NCBI GenBank assembly: GCA_964649365.1
Contig: CAZYPJ010000001.1
Location: 8,881 to 60,464 of the forward strand
Source: an uncultured Anaerolineales bacterium
GTDB taxonomy: Bacteria; Chloroflexota; Anaerolineae; UBA1429
Length of the DNA stretch: 51,584 nucleotides
Reading direction: 5' to 3'
Part shown: piece by piece, positions 18,059 through 27,074 of the stretch
How positions within the stretch are numbered: the stretch's first letter is position 1
How the letters are laid out: every line of letters starts with the position of its first letter
Position numbers and translations under genes: made by a program
The notes under the pieces: model-generated
Told to the model about the DNA's origin: nothing
The model's input: the letters and a program-made list of their open reading frames with translations, nothing else
Databases searched by the model: none

Positions 18059-18556
18059 ATGGCGCAACCCTACGTCGGCGAGATTCGCATGTTTGCCGGC
18101 AACTTTGCCCCCGCTGGATGGATGTTCTGCGAGGGCCAATTGCTGCCGATTGCGGAAAACGAGACATTGTTCCAATTGCTCGGCACCACCTATGGCGGCG
18201 ACGGCCAGGAAACTTTTGCTTTGCCCGATCTGCGCGGACGCATTCCCATCCACCAGGGTGACGGCTTTGTCCTGGCCGAAACCGGCGGGGCCGAGGAAAT
18301 CACCCTGACGGTGAACCAGATTCCCGCTCACAGCCACCCATTACTGGCGGCCAGCGCGGCCGAAAGCCGCGCCCCGGCGAACAAGCTCCCCGCGCGCGCA
18401 CCAGGCGACCTGTACACCGATCAATTCTCGGCGGCAAACCTGAATCCGCAGGCGGTGTCATCGGTAGGCGGGTCGCAGCCGCACACTAATTTTCAGCCTT
18501 ACCTGTGCGTGAATTTCATCATTTCATTGTACGGTATCTTCCCCTCGCCCACGTGA
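18059..18556 (+). CDS. Phage-tail-collar domain protein, paralogue 2
   Basis: 165 aa, starting 10 nt after paralogue 1 with GAGGAGG upstream. Sequence is YVGEIRMFAGNFAPAGWMFCEGQLLPIAENETLFQLLGTTYGGDGQETFALPDLRGRIP ... GGSQPHTNFQPYLCVNFIISLYGIFPS. Confidence 0.9.
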   Translation: MAQPYVGEIRMFAGNFAPAGWMFCEGQLLPIAENETLFQLLGTTYGGDGQETFALPDLRGRIPIHQGDGFVLAETGGAEEITLTVNQIPAHSHPLLAASAAESRAPANKLPARAPGDLYTDQFSAANLNPQAVSSVGGSQPHTNFQPYLCVNFIISLYGIFPSPT

Positions 18557-18567
18557 TGAGGTAACCC

Positions 18568-19080
18568 ATGGCAGATCCATTTGTGGCCGAAATTCGCATT
18601 TTCCCGTTCAACTTTGCGCCCACGGGCTGGGCCTGGTGCGATGGGCAGCTTTTGCCAATTTCGCAACACACGGCGCTGTTTTCGTTGTTGGGCACTACCT
18701 ATGGCGGCAATGGCAAAAGCAACTTTGCCCTGCCCAACTTGCAAGGGCGCGCTCCGATGCACCCCGGGCAAGGGCCGGGCCTCTCACTCCATGACCTAGG
18801 CGAGACCGGCGGGGCAGAGACGGTAACATTGCTCGAATCCGAGATGCCCGCGCACAGCCACACGCTGCGCGCCACATCGGAAGATGGTGACCGACCCACC
18901 CCAACAGCGCGTTACTTGGCGCGAGGCACGAACCTATACGCCGCCGCTCAGAACCTGAACACGATGGCGATCGAGACCCTGGCCCCGGCAGGCGGCGATC
19001 AACCGCACAATAACATGCAGCCCTACCTGACGTTGCACTTTTGTATCGCCTTGCAGGGCGTATTCCCGCCGCGGGAGTAG
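18568..19080 (+). CDS. Phage-tail-collar domain protein, paralogue 3
   Basis: 170 aa, starting 11 nt after paralogue 2. Sequence is FVAEIRIFPFNFAPTGWAWCDGQLLPISQHTALFSLLGTTYGGNGKSNFALPNLQGRAP ... GGDQPHNNMQPYLTLHFCIALQGVFP. Confidence 0.9.
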   Translation: MADPFVAEIRIFPFNFAPTGWAWCDGQLLPISQHTALFSLLGTTYGGNGKSNFALPNLQGRAPMHPGQGPGLSLHDLGETGGAETVTLLESEMPAHSHTLRATSEDGDRPTPTARYLARGTNLYAAAQNLNTMAIETLAPAGGDQPHNNMQPYLTLHFCIALQGVFPPRE

Positions 19081-19091
19081 GAGTAGGGTTC

Positions 19092-19589
19092 ATGGATGCG
19101 ACGCCCACGTTGCGGCCCGCCTCTCCCGAGGATGAGGCGTTCTTGTTTCGGGTATACGCCAGCACCCGCGACGAAGAGCTAGCCCACGTAACGTGGAGCG
19201 CCGAGCAAAAAGAAGCCTTCCTACTGTGGCAGGCGGCCACGCAACATCGCTATTATGTGGAAAACTATCCCGGGGCCGAGTTCCAGGTGATTATGCTGGG
19301 CGAACAGCCCATCGGCAGGTTCTATCTGCATCGCCGACCCGACGAGATCCGCATCATGGATATCGCCCTGTTGCCCGAACACCACCGCCACGGCTATGGC
19401 TCGGCGCTGCTCCACGCGGTTATGGCCGAGGGCCAGCGCACAGGCCGCCGGGTGACGATCCACGTTGAGCTATTCAACCCAGCGCTAAAGCTATACCGGC
19501 GGTTAGGATTTGAGCAAATCGCCGAGCATGGGGTCTACCTATTGATGGAGTGGAGGCCGTATGGCGCTAGATCAACTCAAGAGCACTGA
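19092..19589 (+). CDS. GNAT-family N-acetyltransferase
   Basis: 165 aa from ATG 19092, 11 nt after paralogue 3. Shows IGRFYLHRRPDEIRIMDIALLPEHHRHGYGSALLHAVM and LKLYRRLGFE (GNAT motifs A/B style). The track start 19041 overlaps the upstream gene and is less likely. Confidence 0.85.
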   Translation: MDATPTLRPASPEDEAFLFRVYASTRDEELAHVTWSAEQKEAFLLWQAATQHRYYVENYPGAEFQVIMLGEQPIGRFYLHRRPDEIRIMDIALLPEHHRHGYGSALLHAVMAEGQRTGRRVTIHVELFNPALKLYRRLGFEQIAEHGVYLLMEWRPYGARSTQEH

Positions 19590-19869
19590 TTTTGCCCCCT
19601 ATCTCCATCAGGTATTCGCCATCCATTACGGCGCCGCCGAGCCACTGCGGGCCGAATTGACCACAGTGACCGAGTTAGGGCCAGCCCCAACGCGCGAGGG
19701 CGCGCCCCAACGCGCGCCGTTCTCGATCATTTTACGCGGGCCGATGCGGCCGATCTTGCCGCAACGGATCTATCATATCGAACACGAACGCATGGGCGCA
19801 CTCGATATTTTTATCGTGCCCATCGGTCCCGACCAAGCGGGGATGCGCTACGAAGCGATTTTTGGCTAG
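19561..19869 (+). CDS. Small conserved-looking hypothetical protein (102 aa), possibly the DUF6916-type partner of tail-collar clusters
   Basis: ATG 19561 has GGAGG upstream and overlaps the GNAT 3' end by 29 nt. FSIILRGPMRPILPQRIYHIEHERMGALDIFIVPIG...YEAIF resembles small proteins I recall next to collar-domain genes. The family assignment is unverified. Confidence 0.55.
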   Translation: MALDQLKSTDFAPYLHQVFAIHYGAAEPLRAELTTVTELGPAPTREGAPQRAPFSIILRGPMRPILPQRIYHIEHERMGALDIFIVPIGPDQAGMRYEAIFG

Positions 19870-19939
19870 CCGCTCTCCTATGCGCCAAGCGGGCATCGAG
19901 GCGTTTGGCGACCTAGCGCGGCCCACAAGGAGATTCTGT

Positions 19940-22900
19940 ATGCTCAACGTAGCCCGTACCCACAAGTTCGTGCGCGGTGCGCTCGTCGCGGCGTTGATAT
20001 TGAGCCTGGCGCCAATGCCAGCGCAAGCGGCAGGCGGCGCGCCCCTGGCTGAGCGGCCGGCGCCGCGTCGAGCAGTAGGGCCGTCGAGCGCGTATGCGCC
20101 CGCGCCCCAGCCTACCGCCAAGCCAGCCCCGGACACTGCGCCCGGCCTGCAGGCGGTAGAGATCGTGGCCACCAAGCGCGACGCTTTGCAGACTGACGTA
20201 GACGCCGACGGCGTGGCCGACCCAGGCGACACGGTGCGCTATACTATTGTCATCCGCAACCAAGGCGGCGACGCAGCCGAAGGCGTCACGTTGACCGATA
20301 CGATTGACGCCAACACCACCCTTTCAGGCGTCGTCAAAACGACCTCGTTGGCTCGTCCCGACGCTTACTCGGCCACCGGCAACACCACCCTGACGGTGGA
20401 TGCCGCTTCGGGCTTGCTATCCAACGACGCCGACCCCGACGGCAGCGGCGCGCTGATCATCAGCGCCTATGACGCCGCCAGCGCCCAGGGCGGGCAGGTC
20501 GCAGTGAACACCACTACCGGCGCGTTCACCTACAACCCGCCGGTGGGCTATGAGGGGACCGATTCATTCTCCTACACGATCCGGGATGTGGATGGCAACA
20601 CCGATACGACCACAGTGACGCTCACCGTTACAGAAATGGTATGGTATATCAACAACACCGCCGGCGCAGGCGGCGATGGGCGCTATGCCACGCCGTTCAA
20701 CAGCCTGGCGGCGTTTAGCACGGCGCAAACGCGCTCGGCGGCCAACGACCCCGAAGCCGGCGATATCATCTTTATCTATCAAGGCAGCGGCGCCTACACC
20801 AATGGCATCACGCTCAAGCCGAACCAACAGCTCATCGGCCAGGGCGAGAACCTGGTAGTCAACGGCCAAACCATCGTAACGGCAGCGGGCGACCCCATCA
20901 TTACCAACACCACGACGGCTAACGGGGGCGACGGCATTGTGCTGGCCACCGGAAACACGGTGCGCGGACTGACGGTGGGCAACACCAACGACGCGGGCAT
21001 CTGGGGCAGCTCAGTAGGCACGGCCACGGTGAGCAACGTAGTCATCAACGGAACGGGAAAAATCCTGGCCATCAGCGGAGGGACGCTCGCGATGACTTTC
21101 GATAGCCTGGCGACCAGCTCAGCCTCCGGCCCGGCCATCAACCTGAACGATCTGACCAATACTTCCACCTTGACCAGCAACAGCACGACCCTCTCGGGCG
21201 TCGCTGGCGACGGCATTATACTCCAAGATTCGGCGGGGGCGACGCTCAACTTGGGCGCAGTTTCCATTTCGCTCGACGGCGCCGGCGACGGCATCGAGGC
21301 TGTGACCGACGTATCGGGCGCGTCGCTCATTTGCGCCAGCTTGGCCATCACTACGACCTCGGGGCGGGGCATCGCGGCGGGCAACGGCCTCAGCATTTCG
21401 GTCGGCGGATTGTCCAGCACTATTAACGCCGTCGGCGGCGCGGCTATCGAAGCCAACAACTCAACCATCAACGGCGTGTTCTCGTCAGTGTCGTCATCGG
21501 GAGGCAACTGCGGCCTGAGCCTGACGTATCATACAGGTACTTTGACGATGAACGGCGGCGCGATCAGCGGCGCATCGCTCCAGGGCGTCTATGTTTCAGG
21601 CGGGTCGGGCGCCATCACCTACGCGGGGAGCGTCACAGCCACCGCGGGACGCGCGGTCGAAATCGGCAACCGCACGGGCGGCGCAGTGACGCTCAGCGGC
21701 GCCCTCAGCGACACAGCCCAGGGCATCTCGGCGATGAACAACTCGGGCGGAACCATCACTTTCTCCGGCGCAACCAAGACGATCAATACCGGCGCTAACA
21801 CCGCCGTTTCGTTGACCAGCAATACCGGCGCCACGATCTCGTTCACCAACGGCGGGCTAGATATAGACACCACCTCGGGCGCAGGAATCAACGCCACCGG
21901 CGGCGGCACGCTGGTCATCAGCGGCGAAAACAACACGATCAATACGACCACAGGAACGAGCGTCAACATCGCCAACACCACCATCGGGGCCGGCGGCGTC
22001 ACGCTGAGCAGCGTCTCGGCCAATGGCGCGGCGAACGGTATCGTGCTGAACAACACGGGCAGCAATGCGTTCACCATCACTGGCGATGGGTCGTTGGCGC
22101 GCAACGGGTCGGGCGGCGTAATCCAGAACACCACTGGCGACGGCGTCTCGCTCACCAGCGCGCAGAATGTGACGCTGCGCGCAATGAACTTGGTAAATAA
22201 CGGCGGAGACGCTATCGAATCGAGCAGCAGCGCCAACATCGCCTTGTCAGCGGTTACGGTCCAGAATCCCACCCGCAACGGTTGGCTGGCCACGAACCTA
22301 ACGGGCAGCAGCAACCGCATTGATAACAACAGCCTGCTAACGCAAATCAACGGCGCGAATACATCAGCGGTGTACGTAGCCAACACCGACGTCATCCTGG
22401 GCAGTCTCACGTTCAATAACAGCACCTTTTCCAACCAGTCCAGCGCCAATGGCCAGGGTTATGTCGTCCTTTCCGGCATGGGTACGGCGGTCATGACGTT
22501 GAACGTAGAGAACAATTGCCAGTTTACCGGCCTCTATGGCAGCGCCATCATCGCCAACGCCGGCAACAATAGTAACTCGACGGCCGTCATCAACCTGAGC
22601 ATCGCCGATTCGGATTTCATCAACGCCGCCGCCAACGGTCTGGGCAATATCGAGATGATGGCCTTGCAGAGCGGCGCAGTCAATTTCGATATTTCGAACA
22701 ACGCGCTCGATAACATCGGCATTCCGCTGGGGGCTGTGGGCGTCATCAATATCCAAGCGATGGATTCAGGCAAGCTCAACGGCACGGTGGACTACAACGC
22801 CATCTCGAACGTGACGGGCTATATTGGCATTCGCGTCAACTCGACCATGACTGCCGGCCCGCACAACGTAACCATTGATCACAACACCCTCACCAGCATC

Positions 22901-25900
22901 GGACGCGAGGGCGTGTATGTCTATTGCTTTGACAACACCACCGACATGGACGTATGGGTCACCAACAACACCATCGGCACGGCAGTAGCGCCGGTGGGCG
23001 CCACCGCCCGCGAAGGCATCGAGGTGCGCTCGGGCGATGTGAGTGGCTACAGTGGCCCCTCGCAGCTCGATATCGTGATCCAGAACAACCAAGTGGTCAA
23101 TAACGCTGCCTCTGACCAGACCCTTGACCTCGATTGCGAGGATGGCGGCGTGCTCAATGCTATGGTTGCCGGCAACACGCTTCAGAACCTAGCCGGGGGC
23201 GGCCTTGTTATGACCGCCGACACCGAACAAGCGGGATGCAACATGTGCCTGAACCTCGATGGCAACACCGCGGTGGGCGGCGACGGTTCTTTTACTCTGA
23301 CCGAATACTCGGGCAGCACTTTTACAGTGTACAACCTAGCTACCGTTGCTTCGCGTAATACTGGCACGGTAAGCGTGGGCGCGGGGATCGCCGAGAGCGG
23401 CGTAGTTTGCTCTCAGCCTTTGGCCATGATGCTGGCGGCGCGGCCTACGGCGATGGATTCTGTAGTCGTCGAGTTGGCCAGCGAGGAGCCGATGATTGAC
23501 CTTGCGCCAGAGGGCGTCGCGCCTCGATTGGAGCGTGAGATGCCAGAGCGAACCGCGTTGGCGCCATTGGCCGAGGCGCCGCTTTCGACTCAGGAAGCTA
23601 TTATCACGGATGAACCGAGCGTGGTTGCTGCGACAGCGGACGCGGGCCTGCTCAGCGGCGAGACCGTGAACATTGGCATTGGCGTGTTGCCGGCGGGCAA
23701 AGCCATTACCGTCACTTTTGATGTCGTCATTGACGCCTCGTTCCCGGCCAGCGCATCGCAAATCTCGAACCAGGGGCGAGTGGGCGGCAGCAATTTCACC
23801 ACTGTGTTTACCGACGACCCTGACACGGGCGCAGCCAATGACGCTACGTTGACCGATGTGCCGCAAGCCGACCTTGCTCTGGACAAACTTGACGCGCCCG
23901 ACCCGGTTATTGCCGGCGATGTGTTGACTTATACCCTTGCCGTCACCAACACAGGCCCCTCGACGGCTACGGGCGTGGTCGTTACCGATGTCCTACCCAC
24001 TGGCGTGAGCGTGACAGAGACTTTGAGCAGTCAGGGATCGTTTGTTCAGAATGGCGATACAGTTATCTGGACAGTGGGCATTCTGACGGCCAGCGTCGCG
24101 GCCACGGGTGTGATTCGCGTGACCGTTGCGTCCACGCAGACGGGCGTGCTCACCAATACCGCACAGACTACTGGCGATCAACACGATCCCAATATGACCA
24201 ACAACAGCGCTGCTTGTACTACTCTGGCTATGGAGCTAAACGATCCGCCGGTGAACACTGTGCCTGGGCCGTTCAGCGTGGACGAAGACGCCACGCAGAA
24301 CGGATTGGCCTTTAGCATCGCCGACGCCGATGAGCGCGGGGCTACCGATTTCCGCTTTAGCCTGTTGGCCAATCACGGTGTGTTGACACTGGCCACTACC
24401 TCGGGTCTGGCGCTGGTCAGCGGAGCGAGTGGCACGCACGCTATGACCTACACTGGTACATTGACCGACATTAACACGGCGTTGGCCAGCGTCTCGTATC
24501 GCCTCGACGCCAACTATAACGGTCTGGATACCATTACGCTGACCGCTGACGATGCTGGACACACCGGCGCGCCCGGCGCTTTGACCGACGCCGATGTCAT
24601 AACGGTCACGGTCAGCGCCATCAATGATGCGCCTACGTTGGATGTAAGCTATTCGCCGGCATTGACGGCCATCAACGAGGATGCGACGGATCCGGCGGGC
24701 GACACTGTGGCCGCTATTGTGGCCGATGGTTCGATTGCCGATGTGGATGGCTCGCCGGTCGAGGCCATCGCTGTCATCGGCGCAGATAACGCCAATGGCG
24801 TATGGCAGTACTCTACCGATAGTGGATCGAGCTGGCTGGCGTTGGGGACGCCCACCCAAAGTGCGGCGCGATTGCTGTCGCCGGACGCTATGTTGCGCTT
24901 TATACCGGTGAGTGACTATAGCGGCTCAGCGACGCTGAGTTTCCGCGCCTGGGATCGCACTACCGGACTAAGTGGCGGCGCAGCCGATACCACCACCAAT
25001 GGCGGCGCCACGGCCTATAGCGTGGTCACCGATACAGCCAGTATCGCGGTGGGCGCCGCCAACGATGCGCCGGTGAACACCGTACCTGGCAGTTTTACCG
25101 AGATCGAGGATACAAATCACGCCGGTTTGGTGTTCAGCATCGCCGATGAAGACGCGGGGGCCAGTGCGATCCAGTTCACCCTCTCGGCCAGCCACGGCGG
25201 CTTGACGTTGGCGACTACTTCGGGCTTGACGTTTGCGGCGGGTGCGAATGGGACGCACGCCATGATCTGCACCGGCACGCTGACCGCTACCAACGCCGCG
25301 CTGAACGGCGTCATCTATCGCGGCGACGCCGATTACAGTGGCGCTGATGTCATCACACTGACCTCCAATGACCTGGGTCATACCGGGACAGGCGGCGCGC
25401 TGAGCGACACCGATGTCGTAACCGTCACGCTGCTCAGCGCCGATACCACCACGGTTTTGCTCTCGTCATCGGCGTCGTCGGTCTATGGCCAGGCTATTAC
25501 TTTTACAGCGGCGGTCACTTCGCCCGTGGGTACACCCACGGGCGAAGTGGTGCTCCGCGATGGCGCTGCTACCTTATGCATCGCTGCTCTAGTCGGCGGC
25601 GTGGCTACCTGTACTACATCACTCCTCGCGGTGGGTGTGCATACGGTCACGGCGATCTATGCAGGCGAGACCCCATACAACGCCTCTTCCGATGCCATCG
25701 CGTATACAGTGCAAAAGGCGGGCACAACGCTGGCGCTCGCCTCTTCGGCCAACTCGCCGGTCTGTGGCCAGGGGATCACCCTCACGGCCACGGTCTCGGC
25801 GGCAGCGCCGGGCGCGGGCGTGGCCAGCGGCGTCGTGACCTTCCGCGAAGGGGCTGTCACGCTCGGCAGCGCAAATCTGGTAGGCGGTGCGGCCCATCTG

Positions 25901-27064
25901 GCGATCTCGAACCTGGCGGTGGGCGCGCATACCATCGTGGCCGAGTATGCCGGCAACAGCAGCTTCAATGGCGCGAACAACACAATCATCCAAACCGTCG
26001 GCAAGGCTGCTTCGGTGGTCGCGTTGACCTCGGCGCCCAATCCCTCGGCTTACGGCGCCGAGGTGCTGCTGGCGGCGACAGTGGCCGCCGCCGCTCCGGG
26101 TGCGGGCGCGCCGAGCGGCTCTGTCACCTTCCGCGAAGGGGCGGTCACGCTTGGCAGTGCGCCGGTGGTGGCTGGCGTGGCTACGCTATCGGTCTCGAAT
26201 CTCAGCGTGGGCGCGCACACTCTTACAGCGACCTATAGCGGCGATGGCTGCTTCCAACCGTCGAGCGATAACGTGACGCACACCGTGGGCCAGATGCGCC
26301 TCGGCTTGACCAAGACCGACGCCCGCACGACCTGGTACGCCGGCTGGAACTGGAACTATACGTTGATCGTGACCAACACCAACGCGACTCCCGTTACGGG
26401 GGCGTGGTTGACCGATGTGCTGCCCGCCGGCCTGACGTTGGTGAGCGCTCCGCCAGGCGCGACGCAGAACGCCGATGGCAGTCTTACCTGGAGCATGGGA
26501 ACGCTGGCGGTTGGCGAATCGCGAACCTACAATGTGTGGGTGCGTACCATGTCCACGGCGCGCGGCGTTATCACCAATGTCGCCAACCTCACTTGCGATG
26601 GCGGCTTGCCAGCGACGGCGAACGACGTGACCACCATCGTTGCGCCGCCCACGGAGCCTACGCCCACATCCACACGCACGGCGACCCCGACGCGCACAGC
26701 CACGCCCACGCTTACCCCCACGCCGACGGCGACGCCCGCCGACCTGGTGATTAGCGGTGTGGTCTATGAGAGAGACATGGAGTTGGGCGCCGGTATGAAA
26801 GACCCGCCCTTGGCGGGGGCCACGGTGCGGGCCATCGTCTGTGGGGATGATTTCGTCACCGGGACCGACGATGAGGGGCGGTACGAGCTGGTCATCCCCG
26901 CCAGCGCATTGCAGGGGTGTGAGACGCTGACGTTGGAAGTGAGCGCCGAGGGCTATCGCACGCTCACCCGCACCCTGACGATAGCCGAGTTGCGCGCGCA
27001 GCCGCGGCAGGATTTCACGTTGTATGACTATGCCACCGTGTGGTTGCCCGCGCTGATGAAATAG
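19940..27064 (+). CDS. Giant secreted multidomain surface protein/adhesin (2374 aa): DUF11, cadherin/VCBS-like, ~900-aa parallel beta-helix, DUF11, duplicated modules, 3 Ig-like, DUF11, PT linker, CarboxypepD_reg-like
   Basis: ATG 19940 has AAGGAG 7 nt upstream. The signal peptide is MLNVARTHKFVRGALVAALILSLAPMPAQA. DUF11-type segments include DPGDTVRYTIVIRNQGGDAAEGVTLTD, VLTYTLAVTNTGPSTATGVVVTDVLP and NWNYTLIVTNTNATPVTGAWLTDVLP. Gly/Asn/Thr-rich beta-helix turns span roughly 20635-23400. The PT linker is at 26644-26742. The track ORF starts at 19862. Confidence 0.9.
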   Translation: MLNVARTHKFVRGALVAALILSLAPMPAQAAGGAPLAERPAPRRAVGPSSAYAPAPQPTAKPAPDTAPGLQAVEIVATKRDALQTDVDADGVADPGDTVRYTIVIRNQGGDAAEGVTLTDTIDANTTLSGVVKTTSLARPDAYSATGNTTLTVDAASGLLSNDADPDGSGALIISAYDAASAQGGQVAVNTTTGAFTYNPPVGYEGTDSFSYTIRDVDGNTDTTTVTLTVTEMVWYINNTAGAGGDGRYATPFNSLAAFSTAQTRSAANDPEAGDIIFIYQGSGAYTNGITLKPNQQLIGQGENLVVNGQTIVTAAGDPIITNTTTANGGDGIVLATGNTVRGLTVGNTNDAGIWGSSVGTATVSNVVINGTGKILAISGGTLAMTFDSLATSSASGPAINLNDLTNTSTLTSNSTTLSGVAGDGIILQDSAGATLNLGAVSISLDGAGDGIEAVTDVSGASLICASLAITTTSGRGIAAGNGLSISVGGLSSTINAVGGAAIEANNSTINGVFSSVSSSGGNCGLSLTYHTGTLTMNGGAISGASLQGVYVSGGSGAITYAGSVTATAGRAVEIGNRTGGAVTLSGALSDTAQGISAMNNSGGTITFSGATKTINTGANTAVSLTSNTGATISFTNGGLDIDTTSGAGINATGGGTLVISGENNTINTTTGTSVNIANTTIGAGGVTLSSVSANGAANGIVLNNTGSNAFTITGDGSLARNGSGGVIQNTTGDGVSLTSAQNVTLRAMNLVNNGGDAIESSSSANIALSAVTVQNPTRNGWLATNLTGSSNRIDNNSLLTQINGANTSAVYVANTDVILGSLTFNNSTFSNQSSANGQGYVVLSGMGTAVMTLNVENNCQFTGLYGSAIIANAGNNSNSTAVINLSIADSDFINAAANGLGNIEMMALQSGAVNFDISNNALDNIGIPLGAVGVINIQAMDSGKLNGTVDYNAISNVTGYIGIRVNSTMTAGPHNVTIDHNTLTSIGREGVYVYCFDNTTDMDVWVTNNTIGTAVAPVGATAREGIEVRSGDVSGYSGPSQLDIVIQNNQVVNNAASDQTLDLDCEDGGVLNAMVAGNTLQNLAGGGLVMTADTEQAGCNMCLNLDGNTAVGGDGSFTLTEYSGSTFTVYNLATVASRNTGTVSVGAGIAESGVVCSQPLAMMLAARPTAMDSVVVELASEEPMIDLAPEGVAPRLEREMPERTALAPLAEAPLSTQEAIITDEPSVVAATADAGLLSGETVNIGIGVLPAGKAITVTFDVVIDASFPASASQISNQGRVGGSNFTTVFTDDPDTGAANDATLTDVPQADLALDKLDAPDPVIAGDVLTYTLAVTNTGPSTATGVVVTDVLPTGVSVTETLSSQGSFVQNGDTVIWTVGILTASVAATGVIRVTVASTQTGVLTNTAQTTGDQHDPNMTNNSAACTTLAMELNDPPVNTVPGPFSVDEDATQNGLAFSIADADERGATDFRFSLLANHGVLTLATTSGLALVSGASGTHAMTYTGTLTDINTALASVSYRLDANYNGLDTITLTADDAGHTGAPGALTDADVITVTVSAINDAPTLDVSYSPALTAINEDATDPAGDTVAAIVADGSIADVDGSPVEAIAVIGADNANGVWQYSTDSGSSWLALGTPTQSAARLLSPDAMLRFIPVSDYSGSATLSFRAWDRTTGLSGGAADTTTNGGATAYSVVTDTASIAVGAANDAPVNTVPGSFTEIEDTNHAGLVFSIADEDAGASAIQFTLSASHGGLTLATTSGLTFAAGANGTHAMICTGTLTATNAALNGVIYRGDADYSGADVITLTSNDLGHTGTGGALSDTDVVTVTLLSADTTTVLLSSSASSVYGQAITFTAAVTSPVGTPTGEVVLRDGAATLCIAALVGGVATCTTSLLAVGVHTVTAIYAGETPYNASSDAIAYTVQKAGTTLALASSANSPVCGQGITLTATVSAAAPGAGVASGVVTFREGAVTLGSANLVGGAAHLAISNLAVGAHTIVAEYAGNSSFNGANNTIIQTVGKAASVVALTSAPNPSAYGAEVLLAATVAAAAPGAGAPSGSVTFREGAVTLGSAPVVAGVATLSVSNLSVGAHTLTATYSGDGCFQPSSDNVTHTVGQMRLGLTKTDARTTWYAGWNWNYTLIVTNTNATPVTGAWLTDVLPAGLTLVSAPPGATQNADGSLTWSMGTLAVGESRTYNVWVRTMSTARGVITNVANLTCDGGLPATANDVTTIVAPPTEPTPTSTRTATPTRTATPTLTPTPTATPADLVISGVVYERDMELGAGMKDPPLAGATVRAIVCGDDFVTGTDDEGRYELVIPASALQGCETLTLEVSAEGYRTLTRTLTIAELRAQPRQDFTLYDYATVWLPALMK
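24239..25437 (+). repeat. Intragenic duplication inside the adhesin: ~128-aa module A at 24239-24622 and 25061-25437, separated by a cadherin-like module B
   Basis: A1 is NDPPVNTVPGPFSVDEDATQNGLAFSIADADERGATDFRFSLLANHGVLTLATTSGL...TDADVITVTV. A2 is NDAPVNTVPGSFTEIEDTNHAGLVFSIADEDAGASAIQFTLSASHGGLTLATTSGL...SDTDVVTVTL. Confidence 0.8.
25444..26292 (+). repeat. Three tandem ~95-aa Ig-like (Big_3-type) repeats inside the adhesin
   Basis: Units start TTTVLLSSSASSVYGQAITFTAAV, TTLALASSANSPVCGQGITLTATV and SVVALTSAPNPSAYGAEVLLAATV. Units 2 and 3 share AAAPGAGxxSGxVTFREGAVTLGSA...VGAHT. Confidence 0.8.
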
Positions 27065-27074
27065 TGGGCGCCTA

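Noticed and set aside
17548-19080. Interpretation of the three tail-collar genes as a prophage or tailocin remnant
   Set aside because: No other phage structural, replication, lysis or integration gene, att-like repeat or tRNA is visible within the 51 kb. GC content and codon style match the neighbours, so I treat them as cellular genes (see findings).
20794-22449. 237-aa and 276-aa minus-strand ORFs inside the adhesin beta-helix region
   Set aside because: They are antisense to a Gly/Asn/Thr/Ala-rich repeat region, which is codon-poor in stops on the opposite strand. The sense frame is continuous for 7.1 kb and has a signal peptide.
26644-26742. Periodic ACGCCCAC/ACGGCGAC-type DNA repeats that look array-like at first glance
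   Set aside because: They lie in frame inside the adhesin and encode a Thr-Pro linker. There is no repeat-spacer structure, so this is not a CRISPR array.
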